A stretch of 64,000 nucleotides of DNA from Myxococcota bacterium (GCA_040386535.1 JAZKFH010000043.1:23070-87069), one strand, 5' to 3'; positions 1-9,985 are shown, counted from the first letter of the stretch. Program-made: numbers and translations. Notes: a model not told the origin generated them from the sequence alone.

Positions 1-199
1 CGCATAGGTGGGACGGGCCTGATCGGAGGGTAGGGCTCTGCTGGAGAGCACCCCGAGCGCCGCACCAGGTGGCAGACCGCATGCGGCGGGCCTCTCTGCG
101 GCCCGCCCATCTCTTGGTTCAGCCGCATCCCGGAGCCTTGAAAGCGAAAACTCGGGGGGTCCGGGGGCAGGCCCCCGGGTGCCCGCGGTGGCACAGGTG

Positions 200-958
200 T
201 CAGGCTTCGCCGCCGACCTTGGGCTTCTGCCGACGGCGGTACGACTCGCCCTCGATTACGAGGTCGTAGGCGCTGTTGACGAACCGGTCGACCAGGGCCT
301 GCCCCTGCAGCGGGTCGGCGAGCAGCGCCAACCACTCGGAGGGGTCGCGGTTCGAGGTCACGACCATCGAGGCCTTCTTGTGTCGTCCGCAGACGATGGC
401 GTGGAGGTCCGACGTCTCGTGCGCGTCCATCGGCCGCAGGGCGAGGTCGTCGACGATCAGCACGTCGACCTGCGTGAGGCGCCGGAGCTCACGCTCGTGC
501 GTGCCGTCGAGGCGGCAGGCGCGCAGGCGGTGGAGCAGCTTCTCGGCGGTCTCGCAGTGGACGGACAGGTCCCGCGCGATCGCGAGGTGGCCGAGCGCGT
601 GGGCGATCATGGTCTTGCCCACGCCGACGGGGCCGATGATCAGCGCGTGGTGGTGCTCGTCGACGAAGCGAAGCAGCCGCAGGTCGTCCATCACGCGGCG
701 GTCGAACGTGATCTTCGCGGCGGGGTCCCAACGCTCGAACACGAGGTCGGGCTGCAGCCCGCCGTCCTTGGCGCGCACGCGATGACGCTGCTGCGCGCGG
801 CGCTGGGTCTCGTCCGTGAGCAAGGTCAGGAGCAGGTCCTCGGGGTCGAGCTTCCGCTCGCGCGCGATGCGCAGGCGCTCGGGCAGCGTGGGGAGGAGCT
901 GGCCGAGGCGCAGGGCCTTCATGGCGCGCTTCAGGTCGGGGGAGAGGTCAGGTCGCAT
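200..958 (-). CDS. istB: IS21 helper ATPase IstB
   Basis: Walker A GPVGVGKT, Walker B VLIVDD, TSNR motif, C-terminal GESYRRR. ATG at 958 overlaps the end of istA. Confidence 0.95.
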   Translation of the reverse strand: MRPDLSPDLKRAMKALRLGQLLPTLPERLRIARERKLDPEDLLLTLLTDETQRRAQQRHRVRAKDGGLQPDLVFERWDPAAKITFDRRVMDDLRLLRFVDEHHHALIIGPVGVGKTMIAHALGHLAIARDLSVHCETAEKLLHRLRACRLDGTHERELRRLTQVDVLIVDDLALRPMDAHETSDLHAIVCGRHKKASMVVTSNRDPSEWLALLADPLQGQALVDRFVNSAYDLVIEGESYRRRQKPKVGGEA

Positions 959-2516
959 CGGGGGGCTCTCTGGGGGTGAGGCGGAATTCGCCGGGATCGC
1001 GGCCAAAGCGCGTCGAGATGGGAGCGGCGGCGGCCCGCGCGGGAGGCGGCAGGGTCAACGCGGGGACCGCGCGCTCCAGGAGGCGCTGGACCCGCGTGAC
1101 GTCGACCACGTCGAGGTCCAATGCGCGCTTGCACGCGTCGTCCACGGCCTCGTTGCCGTGGGTCCGACACAGCCCGAGCAGCCGGTGGACGTGGCGCGCC
1201 CGCGTCCACGGGAGCGGCCCCTCGAGGACGCGCCGTGCGTAGTCGCCGATCGCCACGCCGTGCTTCGCTGCGCGCGCCTGCAGGCCCTCGGCGTCGCGTG
1301 TGGCGAGCTCGCCGAGGCCCTCGGGGAGGTCGGCGGGGTCGATGACGCTCGCGCCCACCGCCGCGCGGGGGTGGACCTTCACGACAGCGCCGCGGTCGTA
1401 GAACTTGACACAGCTGCGGTCGAAGCGGATCCGCAACGTCCGGTCCCGGTATGCGTGCGGAACCGAGTAGAGGGCGCTTGCGACGGTCACCGCATGGTCA
1501 CGACCGACTTTCAGCTCGACCCACGTGGGCCGGTCGTAGGGCGCATCGGGCGCCGGCAGCAGCTTCGGCCGCTCGTCCTCGAAGGCCTCGATCGGCTTCC
1601 TCCGCGTCTTGCCGTGGATGCGCTGCCCGGCCACGTCGCGGCACCACGCCTCGGCGTGGCGCCGGGCGTGCGCGAGGTCGACGAACCGCTCGCCCGCGAA
1701 CGCACTCGACCGGGTGTACGCCACCGTGCGCTCGACCTTCGGCTTGTCCTGCGGTCGCCGGACCCGCGCGAGGTCGACGAGGAAGCCCCGGGACTGCGCG
1801 TACTCCGCGAAGCCCTCGTTCAGCGCCGGCTTCAGCGGGTCGGCCCGCGTGACGATCGGCTTCGGGTTGTCCGCGATCACGACGCGGAACACGCCGCCGA
1901 AGAACGCCCAGGCCCCCTCCAAGCCGGCGATGACATCGTCGAGGGTCATGCCGAGGCACGGCCACACGAACGCGTGCCGACTGAACGCCGCCACGCACAC
2001 CAAGGCCATGAGCTTCACCGGCTCGCCGCCGATCACGATCATACCGACCTCCATGAAGTCGATCTCGAGCACCTCCCCGACCGGTGGCTCGACCAAGCGC
2101 ACGGTGCCCTTCGGGCGTCGCTGGGGAAGCTCCTCGGCGATGAAGCGGCTGAGTGTGCGCGCGGGCACAACGACGCCAACGTGGCTCTGCAGAAGCCGCG
2201 CGATCTTTGGTGCCAGGCAGCCCTCGTCCACCCAGGTGGAGATGCGGTCGCGGTGCTCCCGACACAGCGCTCGCATCTCGCCGACCCGGGGAGGCGCGCC
2301 CGGCAGTACGTCGGCGACGACCTGGCCGAGCAGCTCATCGTCGAGCGCCCGTCCGCCCTCCCGTTGGAGACCGCGAGCGATCGCGGCGTCAACGTAGCGC
2401 CGAACGGTCTTGCGGTCCGTGCCTGTGGCGGCCGCGACCGTACGCAAGCCTTCTCGGGCCTGCCACCTTCGAAGGATCTCCCGAATCACGATCACCGACA
2501 GCTCCCGAAACGCCAT
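948..2516 (-). CDS. istA: IS21 DDE transposase IstA
   Basis: N-terminal HTH (DRKTVRRY), catalytic region EIDF...ADN...KPKVE, RIHGKT, YSVP; 522 aa. Confidence 0.95.
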   Translation of the reverse strand: MAFRELSVIVIREILRRWQAREGLRTVAAATGTDRKTVRRYVDAAIARGLQREGGRALDDELLGQVVADVLPGAPPRVGEMRALCREHRDRISTWVDEGCLAPKIARLLQSHVGVVVPARTLSRFIAEELPQRRPKGTVRLVEPPVGEVLEIDFMEVGMIVIGGEPVKLMALVCVAAFSRHAFVWPCLGMTLDDVIAGLEGAWAFFGGVFRVVIADNPKPIVTRADPLKPALNEGFAEYAQSRGFLVDLARVRRPQDKPKVERTVAYTRSSAFAGERFVDLAHARRHAEAWCRDVAGQRIHGKTRRKPIEAFEDERPKLLPAPDAPYDRPTWVELKVGRDHAVTVASALYSVPHAYRDRTLRIRFDRSCVKFYDRGAVVKVHPRAAVGASVIDPADLPEGLGELATRDAEGLQARAAKHGVAIGDYARRVLEGPLPWTRARHVHRLLGLCRTHGNEAVDDACKRALDLDVVDVTRVQRLLERAVPALTLPPPARAAAAPISTRFGRDPGEFRLTPREPPDAT

Positions 2517-2572
2517 GCCGAACCCCAGGTCGAGGGGCTGCGTCGTCGCACGTCGCGGACGAGGTGGCCGCC

Positions 2573-2659
2573 GGTGGTCCCTAGATCGAGGCCGGGCGGT
2601 GGTCCCTAGTTCGTGGCGGGCGGGGCGTTCTGGTGGTCCTCATAGGGTGGCGGGCGACA
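2573..2659. repeat. IS21 terminal and subterminal transposase-binding repeats
   Basis: GGTGGTCCCTAGATCGAGGC (2573), GGTGGTCCCTAGTTCGTGGC (2598), GGTGGTCCTCATAGGGTGGC (2632), ending ...GGGCGACA at 2659. Confidence 0.85.
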
Positions 2660-2792
2660 GGGCATGACTTCGGACCGTCTCGTATCGCCGGCGCGATGCG
2701 TGCACATCGCGCCCGCGGCGGCAGCAAAGATGCCGCAAGGAGCGGCGGCCCACCGGAGCACCCCGTGGGAGCCCTCCGTCCATGTCATCACC

Positions 2793-2980
2793 AAGTCATG
2801 TCCCCGTGAATGCACGCGGCACGGAGTCATGCCGGGTTAAATGCTCGGATTCAGGCTACGCGCGCCCGCCGGAGGACGAACAATGCCGTTTGGTCCGTGG
2901 ATGGCGCGCGGAGCAGCCCCCACGTTGGGCGTTCATGGGGACATGACTCGGAAATAGCGGCGTTCAGGTGGGCATGACTT
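2793..2980. repeat. Four 21-bp boxes (GCRTTYA-N5-RCATGACTY) arranged as two inverted pairs
   Basis: Reverse copies at 2793-2813 and 2824-2844; forward copies at 2929-2949 and 2960-2980. Each pair has a 31-bp period. Confidence 0.8.
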
Positions 2981-3138
2981 CGGACCTGGTGACAGGACTG
3001 GCGTGAACAACAGCCGAACGCCGGTTTCTGGCGCCCCTCCCGGGCCGTCGCCGGACGGGGCGAGGATGCGCGTGCACGGCCTCGCGGAGAGTCTCCGCTA
3101 CCGTAGGCCAGGGACCGGAAATCAAGCTCGCTGCACAT

Positions 3139-3523
3139 TCACGCCGCCCCGAGCCCGGCGTCGACGATCGACGCCACGGCCCCGGCGCAGCGGAACGGAG
3201 GCGCCCAGTTCCATCGTGTCGCCTCTACTCCCCAGGCCAGGATCCAAGCAAACGCGGGGTTGCTGGTCCCTGCTGACAGCTCCCCACCGAGCTCCCCGGT
3301 ATCGAGCGGAAGCACGTTCCGACCGCCCGGCAGAAGGATGACGCTGAACCCTGTCTCTCCCTCCCTGCGCTGGATAGCCGCCCGCCGCCCCCAACCAGTA
3401 GTACACCACGCTGGGGAACGGCTGGCCGTCGTCGAAGAGGGCTTGGTCGAGCGGGTCGAGGGCGACGCAATCCAGCCAGATCTCTCGCCCAGTCGCGGTT
3501 GTGGGCAAGACGTATGTCTGCAT
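3139..3523 (-). pseudogene. Hypothetical protein split by an apparent 1-nt frameshift
   Basis: MQTYVLP...SVVYYWLG continues as a protein-like sequence (RRAAIQRREGETGFSVILL...DAGLGAA*) only if one base is removed from the C5/G5 run at 3388-3392. Confidence 0.5.
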
Positions 3524-3736
3524 CTTCTTGATGTTCGCCGCTTCGATGGGCCGGTCATTCCAGCCCAGCCTGACCTCGCCGGTAAATCGCTGCGCTATGG
3601 CGAGACGCTAATCGCTTCCCGGGAAGACCAAACAAAAGCGCCCGCGCCAAGGGCGCGGAGGGCAGCCGCCTCGGGCGGCTGGTCCAGCCGGGCGGCCGGA
3701 GAACCCAAGCCTACCGAAACGCCGTCCCGCCCGGCT

Positions 3737-3765
3737 GACCAAGCGGCTCCGCCGCGCGCCCGGAG
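3737..3765 (+). repeat. Dispersed intergenic hairpin repeat, copy 1
   Basis: GACCAAGCGGC-TCC-GCCGCGCGCCCGGAG; related copies at 14151, 21199 and 38936. Confidence 0.65.
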
Positions 3766-3910
3766 CCGACCTGCCCCGAGTCCGCGAGGGGGCGCCCCGC
3801 GTGTCATCGTAGGACCCGCCCCTCAAGGATGTCCGCATTCGGCCGCCCCTGGGCTTGCGGCCGCGGCCCAGGATCGCCCTCGGTGCTGGACATTATTTCC
3901 GGGCGGACCC

Positions 3911-4951
3911 TCACGGCATGCACGAGGCAGGCTCCAACGTCTGCCCCACCTTGTCCCACCGCCAGCACGGCGCCTCCGTGGGGCCCGTGTCGCGTAGCAC
4001 GATTGGCCGGATCAGCAGGTGATCGGGGTACACGTCCACCACGGTGTAGCCGTGGTCGGCGTAGACGTAGGCGGGGCGCAGGCCCGTGAGCCCGCCGCCC
4101 TCGGGATTGACGCCGATGTTCGCGATCGTGCCGTCCGCCAAGACCACCGGGGCGTTCGGCAGGCGTGCTTCGGAGCCGGAGCCGGACACGACCGACAACA
4201 TCCGCGTGGGTTCGGTGGCGACCCGCGCGGCGGTCGACTCCGCGACCAGGCCCTCGAGGTGGTGGGCGTGCCCGGCGATGACCGCGTCGGGCGCCCGCAC
4301 GGCGAGCGCGGCGGCGACACGTTCGAGCTCGCTCTTCTTCTCGAAGGAGGTGGCGGGCGGGTGGTGCTGCCCGGCGATCTTCCAGTCACACGCGGCGCCG
4401 AAGACGGGGATGCGGATGTCGTCCACGTTCGCGCTGTCACCCACCACGACACACACGCCGTTCTTGGCGCCGGCGTAGCAGAGGCGCGTGGGGTCGTCCA
4501 CGCCGTCGACACAGGGCACCCGGTCCCACGGGGAATCGGCAGGGAGCGGGAAGGCCGCCGCGAGCGTGTTTGCCACCTTCGGTTGGGTGCTCGTGCGCAC
4601 GTCCTCGCTCAGGTCGTGGTTGCCACGCATCGGTAGCACCGTGGGGCCGCTCCACTTGCGCCAGAACCGCGCGAGGCCCCTTCGATAGGCGCCGACCGTG
4701 GCCGGCTCGCCGTAGTAGAGGTCACCCGTGGCGAGCACGAGGTCGGGCGCGGGCGAGAGCGCGGCGAGGTGCGCGCGGAGCTGCTCGTACTGCGCGGCGC
4801 ACGTCACGATGGTGGTGGTGGCGGCGTCCGTGCCGCAGACGGGCGAGAGCGCCTTGCCCGTGTCCCCGATGGCGACGATGCGCAGCAGCAGCGCATCTTC
4901 GGCCGCGGCAGGGAGGGACGCGGAGGCGAGGACGGCGAGGAGGAGCGACAT
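3911..4951 (-). CDS. Exported calcineurin-like metallophosphoesterase
   Basis: Signal peptide MSLLLAVLASA; motifs IGD, GDLYY, GNHD, QHHP, GHAH. Confidence 0.85.
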   Translation of the reverse strand: MSLLLAVLASASLPAAAEDALLLRIVAIGDTGKALSPVCGTDAATTTIVTCAAQYEQLRAHLAALSPAPDLVLATGDLYYGEPATVGAYRRGLARFWRKWSGPTVLPMRGNHDLSEDVRTSTQPKVANTLAAAFPLPADSPWDRVPCVDGVDDPTRLCYAGAKNGVCVVVGDSANVDDIRIPVFGAACDWKIAGQHHPPATSFEKKSELERVAAALAVRAPDAVIAGHAHHLEGLVAESTAARVATEPTRMLSVVSGSGSEARLPNAPVVLADGTIANIGVNPEGGGLTGLRPAYVYADHGYTVVDVYPDHLLIRPIVLRDTGPTEAPCWRWDKVGQTLEPASCMP

Positions 4952-5019
4952 GGCGGGCCCGGGTGCGCGGGGAACGTAGCCCGGGCCTCGGGGTCCGCGG
5001 CGCGACGTCGCAGGGGGCC

Positions 5020-5454
5020 CTACGTCAGCGCGCGCGGCGCCTTGCGCTCCTCGGCCTCCGAGCTGTCCGCGTGGATCGCCTCGTGGATCACGCGCTTGGT
5101 GACCTCCGCGAGGTGCGCGGTGAGGGCCGACGCCAACGCCGTGAACTCCGGCCACAACGTCTCGTCCACGAAACGTTTGGGGACACGCACCATCACGGTC
5201 TGCCGATGCTGGCCGTGCATCTGGTACGGCACAAGATCGTACCGGCGCGCGAGCGCGAGGAACATCTGGCGCTCCCACGGATCCGGCAGGGAGAAGCGAT
5301 ACTCGACCGGGGGGTCGGTCACCGCGGACGCCGCCAGCCGGGCGAGGATGCGATCGCGGGCGTTCGCGGCCGCGGCCCGCTCGCCGGCGGTCGTCGCGCC
5401 GGCGTGGAGGGCCTCGATCTTCTGCAGGGTCTCGATGAGGGAGCGTTCGTCCAT
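5020..5454 (-). CDS. Hypothetical protein (N-terminus reminiscent of DUF2786)
   Basis: MDERSLIETLQKIEALHAGATTAGERAAA...; 144 aa with a strong GC3 codon bias. Confidence 0.75.
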   Translation of the reverse strand: MDERSLIETLQKIEALHAGATTAGERAAAANARDRILARLAASAVTDPPVEYRFSLPDPWERQMFLALARRYDLVPYQMHGQHRQTVMVRVPKRFVDETLWPEFTALASALTAHLAEVTKRVIHEAIHADSSEAEERKAPRALT

Positions 5455-5531
5455 GGGGCCTCGGGCGGGGAGTGTACCAGCGGCGCCGCGGCCCGGCGCG
5501 CGCCCGACGGCCCCGCGCGCTACGCTCCCGC

Positions 5532-7544
5532 GTGCTTCTCCTCCTCCTGGCATGCGCGGGCGGCCCCGACGGGGAGTCCGACACGGATCCCGCCGATCCC
5601 GTCGACAGCGGCGCGGACCCCGACACCGGCCCCACCGCGCCCTACGCGGTCACCGTGGCGGTCACGCTCGACGGTGTGCCCGTGGCCGACGCGATCGTGA
5701 AGCAGGGCGGCGGGGTCGGCGAGTGGCGAACGGGTGCCGACGGAACGGTCACCGTCACCGTCGATCCGTCGGTCGTGGGCGACCAGGTGGTCGTGGCCGC
5801 CCACCCCGAGGCCCGCATCGTCGGCACCGAGGTCGTCGGGCCGGGCAGCGTCGCCATCGCGCTCGTCCGCTACGACCCGACCGACAACCCCGACTACGTG
5901 TTCGCGGACCCGGGGCCCGAATCGCACGAGGGGACCAACACCTCCCAGTGCAGCCACTGTCACCTCACCATCCACCACGATTGGTACGCCTCGCCGCACC
6001 GGAGCGCCGCCTCCAATCCCGTCCTGCACGATCTGTACGCAGGCACCGCCGTCGCGTTCGACGCCGCCGCCTGCGCGGCCAACGGGGGCACCTGGGGGCC
6101 CGCCACCCAGCCCGGCACCGCCGATTTGGTCGAGCGCTGTCACCTCGGCGCCTCCGTGGCAACGGCCACAGAGAGCACCGGCGCCTGCGCCGACTGCCAC
6201 GCGCCCGGCATCGACGGCACGCTCGGCGGCCGCGATCTGCTCGAAGCCACCGGCCCCGCGTTCGACGGCGGCGTGCATTGTGACGTGTGCCACCACGTGG
6301 CCGACATCGATCTCGACGCGCCCCCGGGCGTGGCCGGCCGCCTGCGCATCGTGCGCCCCAGCGAACCCGCGCCCTCGCCGATCCTCGGCACCTGGGCCCC
6401 GCTCACCTTCGGCCCCCTCATCGACGTGGTCAACCCGCGCATGGGCTCCGTGTACACCCCGCTGTTCCACGAGGCGCGGCTGTGCGCGGGCTGCCACGAG
6501 CAGCAGCAGGACGTATTGGTCGCGGGCGCCGCCGCCGATATGTCCCGATGGCCCGACGGCCGGCTCCCCATCCACACGACCTACACCGAGTGGGAGGCGA
6601 GCCCGATGAACCCGTCGGCGCCCTGCCAATCCTGCCACATGCCACCCATGCCCGGCGTCGGCAACGCGGCCGACCTGCACAACGAGTTCGAGGACGTGAT
6701 GATCGGCAGCATCGCGGCGGGATGGGAGCGGCCCCCCGGCGCGGTGCGCGCGCACACGTGGTACGGCCCGCGCCAACCCGAGAGCGGCATGTTGGGCCTC
6801 GCGGCGGGGGTCGGCGTGGTCACGACGCTGACCGAAGGCACGCTCACCGCCAGCGTGACCGTCACCAACGTCGGCCCCGGGCACGCGATCCCCACCGGCG
6901 AGCCGCTCCGCGTCTTGCTCCTGCTCGTCACTGCCACATGTGACGGCGCCCCGCTCCCCGCCACCGGCGGCGACGTGGTGCCCGACTTCGGCGGCGCGCT
7001 CGACACCCGGGCGGCCGGCGAGGACTGGGAGGTGTGGCCCGGCGCGGCGGTGGGCGATGTCCTCCGGGTGGTGCGCCGCACCGGCGCGTGGCACGACTAC
7101 ACGGGCTACGGCCCCTTTGGCGACGGGCGCTTCTCCGCAGAGGCCAAGGGCCTGCCCGTCGAGACGTATGTCGGCGAGTCCAGGGTCGTGGCGGTCGACG
7201 GCGACCGTGTCACGTTGGACGCCCCGCTTCCGGCGGGCGATCTCGCGGTGCGCACCGCCGGGCAGGCCTACGCGGGCGCGCCCGGCTTCGGCTTTGCGCG
7301 GGTGCTCGTGGGCGCGGACGGCGAGCGCATGGTCCCCCACTTTCTCGCGATCGACGTCGCGAGCGACAACCGCCTGCTCCCCGGGGAGGGGTGGACCTCG
7401 ACCCACACTTTTGCCGCTTCCTGCGCGGATCCCAGCGTGCGTGCCACGCTGCTGCACCGCGACTATCCGCTCGCGCTCGCGACCGCGCGCGGGTGGGACG
7501 TGACCGACCAGGTGATGGCCGAGACCGTCGAGGCGGCGCGATGA
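5532..7544 (+). CDS. Multiheme c-type cytochrome lipoprotein
   Basis: Lipobox VLLLLLAC; five CxxCH motifs (CSHCH, CADCH, CDVCH, CAGCH, CQSCH); GHAIPTG motif. Start chosen at GTG 5532, just after TACGCT. Confidence 0.9.
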   Translation: MLLLLLACAGGPDGESDTDPADPVDSGADPDTGPTAPYAVTVAVTLDGVPVADAIVKQGGGVGEWRTGADGTVTVTVDPSVVGDQVVVAAHPEARIVGTEVVGPGSVAIALVRYDPTDNPDYVFADPGPESHEGTNTSQCSHCHLTIHHDWYASPHRSAASNPVLHDLYAGTAVAFDAAACAANGGTWGPATQPGTADLVERCHLGASVATATESTGACADCHAPGIDGTLGGRDLLEATGPAFDGGVHCDVCHHVADIDLDAPPGVAGRLRIVRPSEPAPSPILGTWAPLTFGPLIDVVNPRMGSVYTPLFHEARLCAGCHEQQQDVLVAGAAADMSRWPDGRLPIHTTYTEWEASPMNPSAPCQSCHMPPMPGVGNAADLHNEFEDVMIGSIAAGWERPPGAVRAHTWYGPRQPESGMLGLAAGVGVVTTLTEGTLTASVTVTNVGPGHAIPTGEPLRVLLLLVTATCDGAPLPATGGDVVPDFGGALDTRAAGEDWEVWPGAAVGDVLRVVRRTGAWHDYTGYGPFGDGRFSAEAKGLPVETYVGESRVVAVDGDRVTLDAPLPAGDLAVRTAGQAYAGAPGFGFARVLVGADGERMVPHFLAIDVASDNRLLPGEGWTSTHTFAASCADPSVRATLLHRDYPLALATARGWDVTDQVMAETVEAAR

Positions 7545-8899
7545 TCGCGCTGCTCGTCGGGTGCGCGGCGCCGCCCGTCGTTGACACAGGGGAGGTGGAT
7601 CTCCCTGCGGTCATCGAGGCGCCGCTCCTCACCTCTCCCGCCGAGGCCGTCGACGGCGATCCAACGTCTGGCGCGTTCCTCACCGAGCTGCGCGCCGCCC
7701 CGGCCGTGCTCTCCATCGACGGCGCCGCGGTCGACGGCTACGCCTACAACACCCAGGTGCCCGGCCCCACGCTCCGGGTGGCGGTGGGTGACACGGTCAC
7801 CACCCTCCTCCAGAACGATTTGGGTGACCCGACCACCGTGCATTGGCACGGAATGACGGTGCCCGAAGCGATGGACGGCGCCGGGTGGGTCGACGGGGGC
7901 GTGGCCGCCGGCACCGCGTTCACCTACACGTTCACCGCCACGGCCCCGGGCACGTTCTGGTACCACCCCCACCTCGACGTGGGCGCGCAGGTCGACGGGG
8001 GGCTCTACGGCGTCGTGGTGGTCGAGGATCCCGGCGCGCCCGCCGCGGACCGGGAGCTCGTGCTCGTGTTCGACGCCTGGGGCGAACACGACGACGGCGC
8101 GCCCGATCTGGAAGGCGGCACCGACGACCACCACGACCTGACCGACCCCGCGCGCACCCGCTGGACGGTCAACGGCCTCGTCGCCCCCCGCTTCGTCGCC
8201 GCCGGCGGCGAGCGCATCCGCGTACGGACGCTCAACGCGTCGAACACCGCCTACCTCGCCCTCGCGTGGCCCGGCCTGCGCCAGATCGGCGGCGACCAGG
8301 GGCTCTGGGGCGCGCCCGAGGCCCCTGACATGGCCGTGCTCGCCCCGGGCGACCGGGCCGAATTCGAGTGGGACATCGGCCCGGACGGCTTCGACGTGAC
8401 CACCCTGCCGTGGGTGGCGGCGGGAGGTCAGGCGTTGGGAGATCCGCGGACGCTGCTCACGGTCGAGGTCGACACACCCGTCCCCGCGCCGACGGCGATC
8501 GATTGGCCCGCCGGTGACACGTCCGTGTCGGCCGACCCCTCCCACACCGATCTGGTCTACGTCTTCCAGGGCGGCGGCGACGGCGACTGGTTGATCAACG
8601 GCGAGGCGTGGCCCGATGTGACAACGCACGTCGCAGGTTTGGGCGCGGACGCGATCATCGAGGTGCGCAACCTCTCTGCCACCAATCACCCGTTCCACCT
8701 GCACGGCCAACACTTCGAGGTGCTCTCGATCGACGGCGTGCCGCTGCCGGCGCGCCGCGTCGAGGACACCGTCGACATCGGCATCCGCCAGCGCGTACGC
8801 CTCCTGCTCCGGGCGGAGAACCCGGGCGATTGGCTCCTGCACTGCCACCTCCTCGGGCACGAGGAGGGGGGGATGATGACGGTTCTGCGGGTGGAGTAG
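7541..8899 (+). CDS. Three-domain multicopper oxidase lipoprotein
   Basis: All four Cu-binding motifs present: HWHG, WYHPH, HPFHLHG, HCHLLGHEEGGMM. ATGA overlap with the upstream cytochrome; N-terminus MIALLVGC. Confidence 0.95.
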   Translation: MIALLVGCAAPPVVDTGEVDLPAVIEAPLLTSPAEAVDGDPTSGAFLTELRAAPAVLSIDGAAVDGYAYNTQVPGPTLRVAVGDTVTTLLQNDLGDPTTVHWHGMTVPEAMDGAGWVDGGVAAGTAFTYTFTATAPGTFWYHPHLDVGAQVDGGLYGVVVVEDPGAPAADRELVLVFDAWGEHDDGAPDLEGGTDDHHDLTDPARTRWTVNGLVAPRFVAAGGERIRVRTLNASNTAYLALAWPGLRQIGGDQGLWGAPEAPDMAVLAPGDRAEFEWDIGPDGFDVTTLPWVAAGGQALGDPRTLLTVEVDTPVPAPTAIDWPAGDTSVSADPSHTDLVYVFQGGGDGDWLINGEAWPDVTTHVAGLGADAIIEVRNLSATNHPFHLHGQHFEVLSIDGVPLPARRVEDTVDIGIRQRVRLLLRAENPGDWLLHCHLLGHEEGGMMTVLRVE

Positions 8900-8910
8900 C
8901 CGTCCGCCGG

Positions 8911-8935
8911 AAGCGTTCACAAGTTGTGAACGCTT
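8911..8935. promoter_or_regulatory. Perfect AT-rich palindrome, candidate operator
   Basis: AAGCGTTCACAA-G-TTGTGAACGCTT: 12-bp arms, 1-nt centre, intergenic. Confidence 0.6.
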
Positions 8936-8998
8936 TCCATCGTGGCGAAGGACCGGCCGGGGATGCGGTCGCATAGCGGAGTCGTGGGAGTCACGACG

Positions 8999-9985
8999 AT
9001 GGACGAACAGTGGATGCGGGACCAGCTGGCTCGCCCAGACGTGATCGGCGTCTTCTGGGGGCCGCCCGTGGGCCGGCCGCTGGACCCTCCGGGTTGGATC
9101 ATCCGGCACACCCCGAGCGCGGGCGGCGGGTGGAGCGGAGGTTTCAACAAGGGACTGAACACCGGGTTGGACAACTACGGTCTCGATCCCGCGCGCGACG
9201 ACAAGAACGGGGGCCGCCCGTCGTGGTGGCCCGCGGGCAACGTCACCGTCGAGGTGGGCGGGGCCATCGAGCTCCACACCTTCGCGGCGGGGACGCGGTG
9301 CGAGCCTCCCCTGGTGGGGGGCGGCTTCGACACCCGGGCCGCCGGCACGGTGACGGCGATGGTCGAGGCCGATGCGAAGGGGCCGGCGCTGGCGCTGCTC
9401 GCCGGTCACGCGGCGACGCCCCGCGACAACGGCGTGCTGGACCTTAGTTTTCGCCGCACGGCGGCCAATACGGGCATGCGGGTCCGGATCACCGAGCCCG
9501 CCGCCGTCGAGGCCGACCTCCTCCTGGCCGAGCTGGGCGGTGCCGTCGACGCGGCCCTGGCCCGGCTCGCGACGGACGAGATCGACGCCCGCCACCCCGC
9601 GACCGGCCACCGGCCGCCGTACACGACCGTCGCGGCGGCGGCGGCCGGGACGGACGTCCACCACCACTCGCGCATGGCGGGAGGAACGGTGCGCGGGCGC
9701 ATCCGGGCGGGCCCGGGCCCGGGCCATCTGTCGGGGATCAACATCCTCATCAACGGCGAGCGCCTCGTCTACGAGGGCGTCTGGGTCATCGAACCGACGG
9801 AAGCGGACCGCTTCAGCCAACCGGGTGACTCGGGCTCCCTGGTGTTCGTGGGTGACGACGCGCTCGGGATGATCGTCGGGGGAGACCCCCTCCACGCGAA
9901 CGGCGGCACCTGCAGCTACGTCCTCGGGGTGCGCGCGCTGGCTCCCCTTCTTCGTCTGCCCATCTACCAACGTTTCTTCACCTGA
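8999..9985 (+). CDS. Trypsin-like (S1/PA clan) serine protease domain protein
   Basis: Putative catalytic triad in order: LLAGH...EADLL...FSQPGDSGS. Start uncertain (8942, 8963 or 8999). Confidence 0.7.
   Translation: MDEQWMRDQLARPDVIGVFWGPPVGRPLDPPGWIIRHTPSAGGGWSGGFNKGLNTGLDNYGLDPARDDKNGGRPSWWPAGNVTVEVGGAIELHTFAAGTRCEPPLVGGGFDTRAAGTVTAMVEADAKGPALALLAGHAATPRDNGVLDLSFRRTAANTGMRVRITEPAAVEADLLLAELGGAVDAALARLATDEIDARHPATGHRPPYTTVAAAAAGTDVHHHSRMAGGTVRGRIRAGPGPGHLSGINILINGERLVYEGVWVIEPTEADRFSQPGDSGSLVFVGDDALGMIVGGDPLHANGGTCSYVLGVRALAPLLRLPIYQRFFT

Larger units (their letters stand above)
1..2659 (-). mobile_element. IS21-family insertion sequence (the end downstream of istB is not visible and probably lies outside the window)
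   Basis: Overlapping istA-istB pair. On the minus strand the element starts TGTCGCCCGCCACCCTATGAGGACCACC at 2659 (5'-TG end), with three subterminal repeats as typical of IS21. Confidence 0.9.

Noticed and set aside
2831..2850. Integron attC (GTTAAAT / ATTTAAC core)
   Set aside because: No complementary partner core at a suitable distance and no integrase; the sequence is better explained as part of the four-box repeat.
2851..3138. 95-aa minus-strand ORF
   Set aside because: No motif or codon bias, and it overlaps the non-coding four-box repeat.
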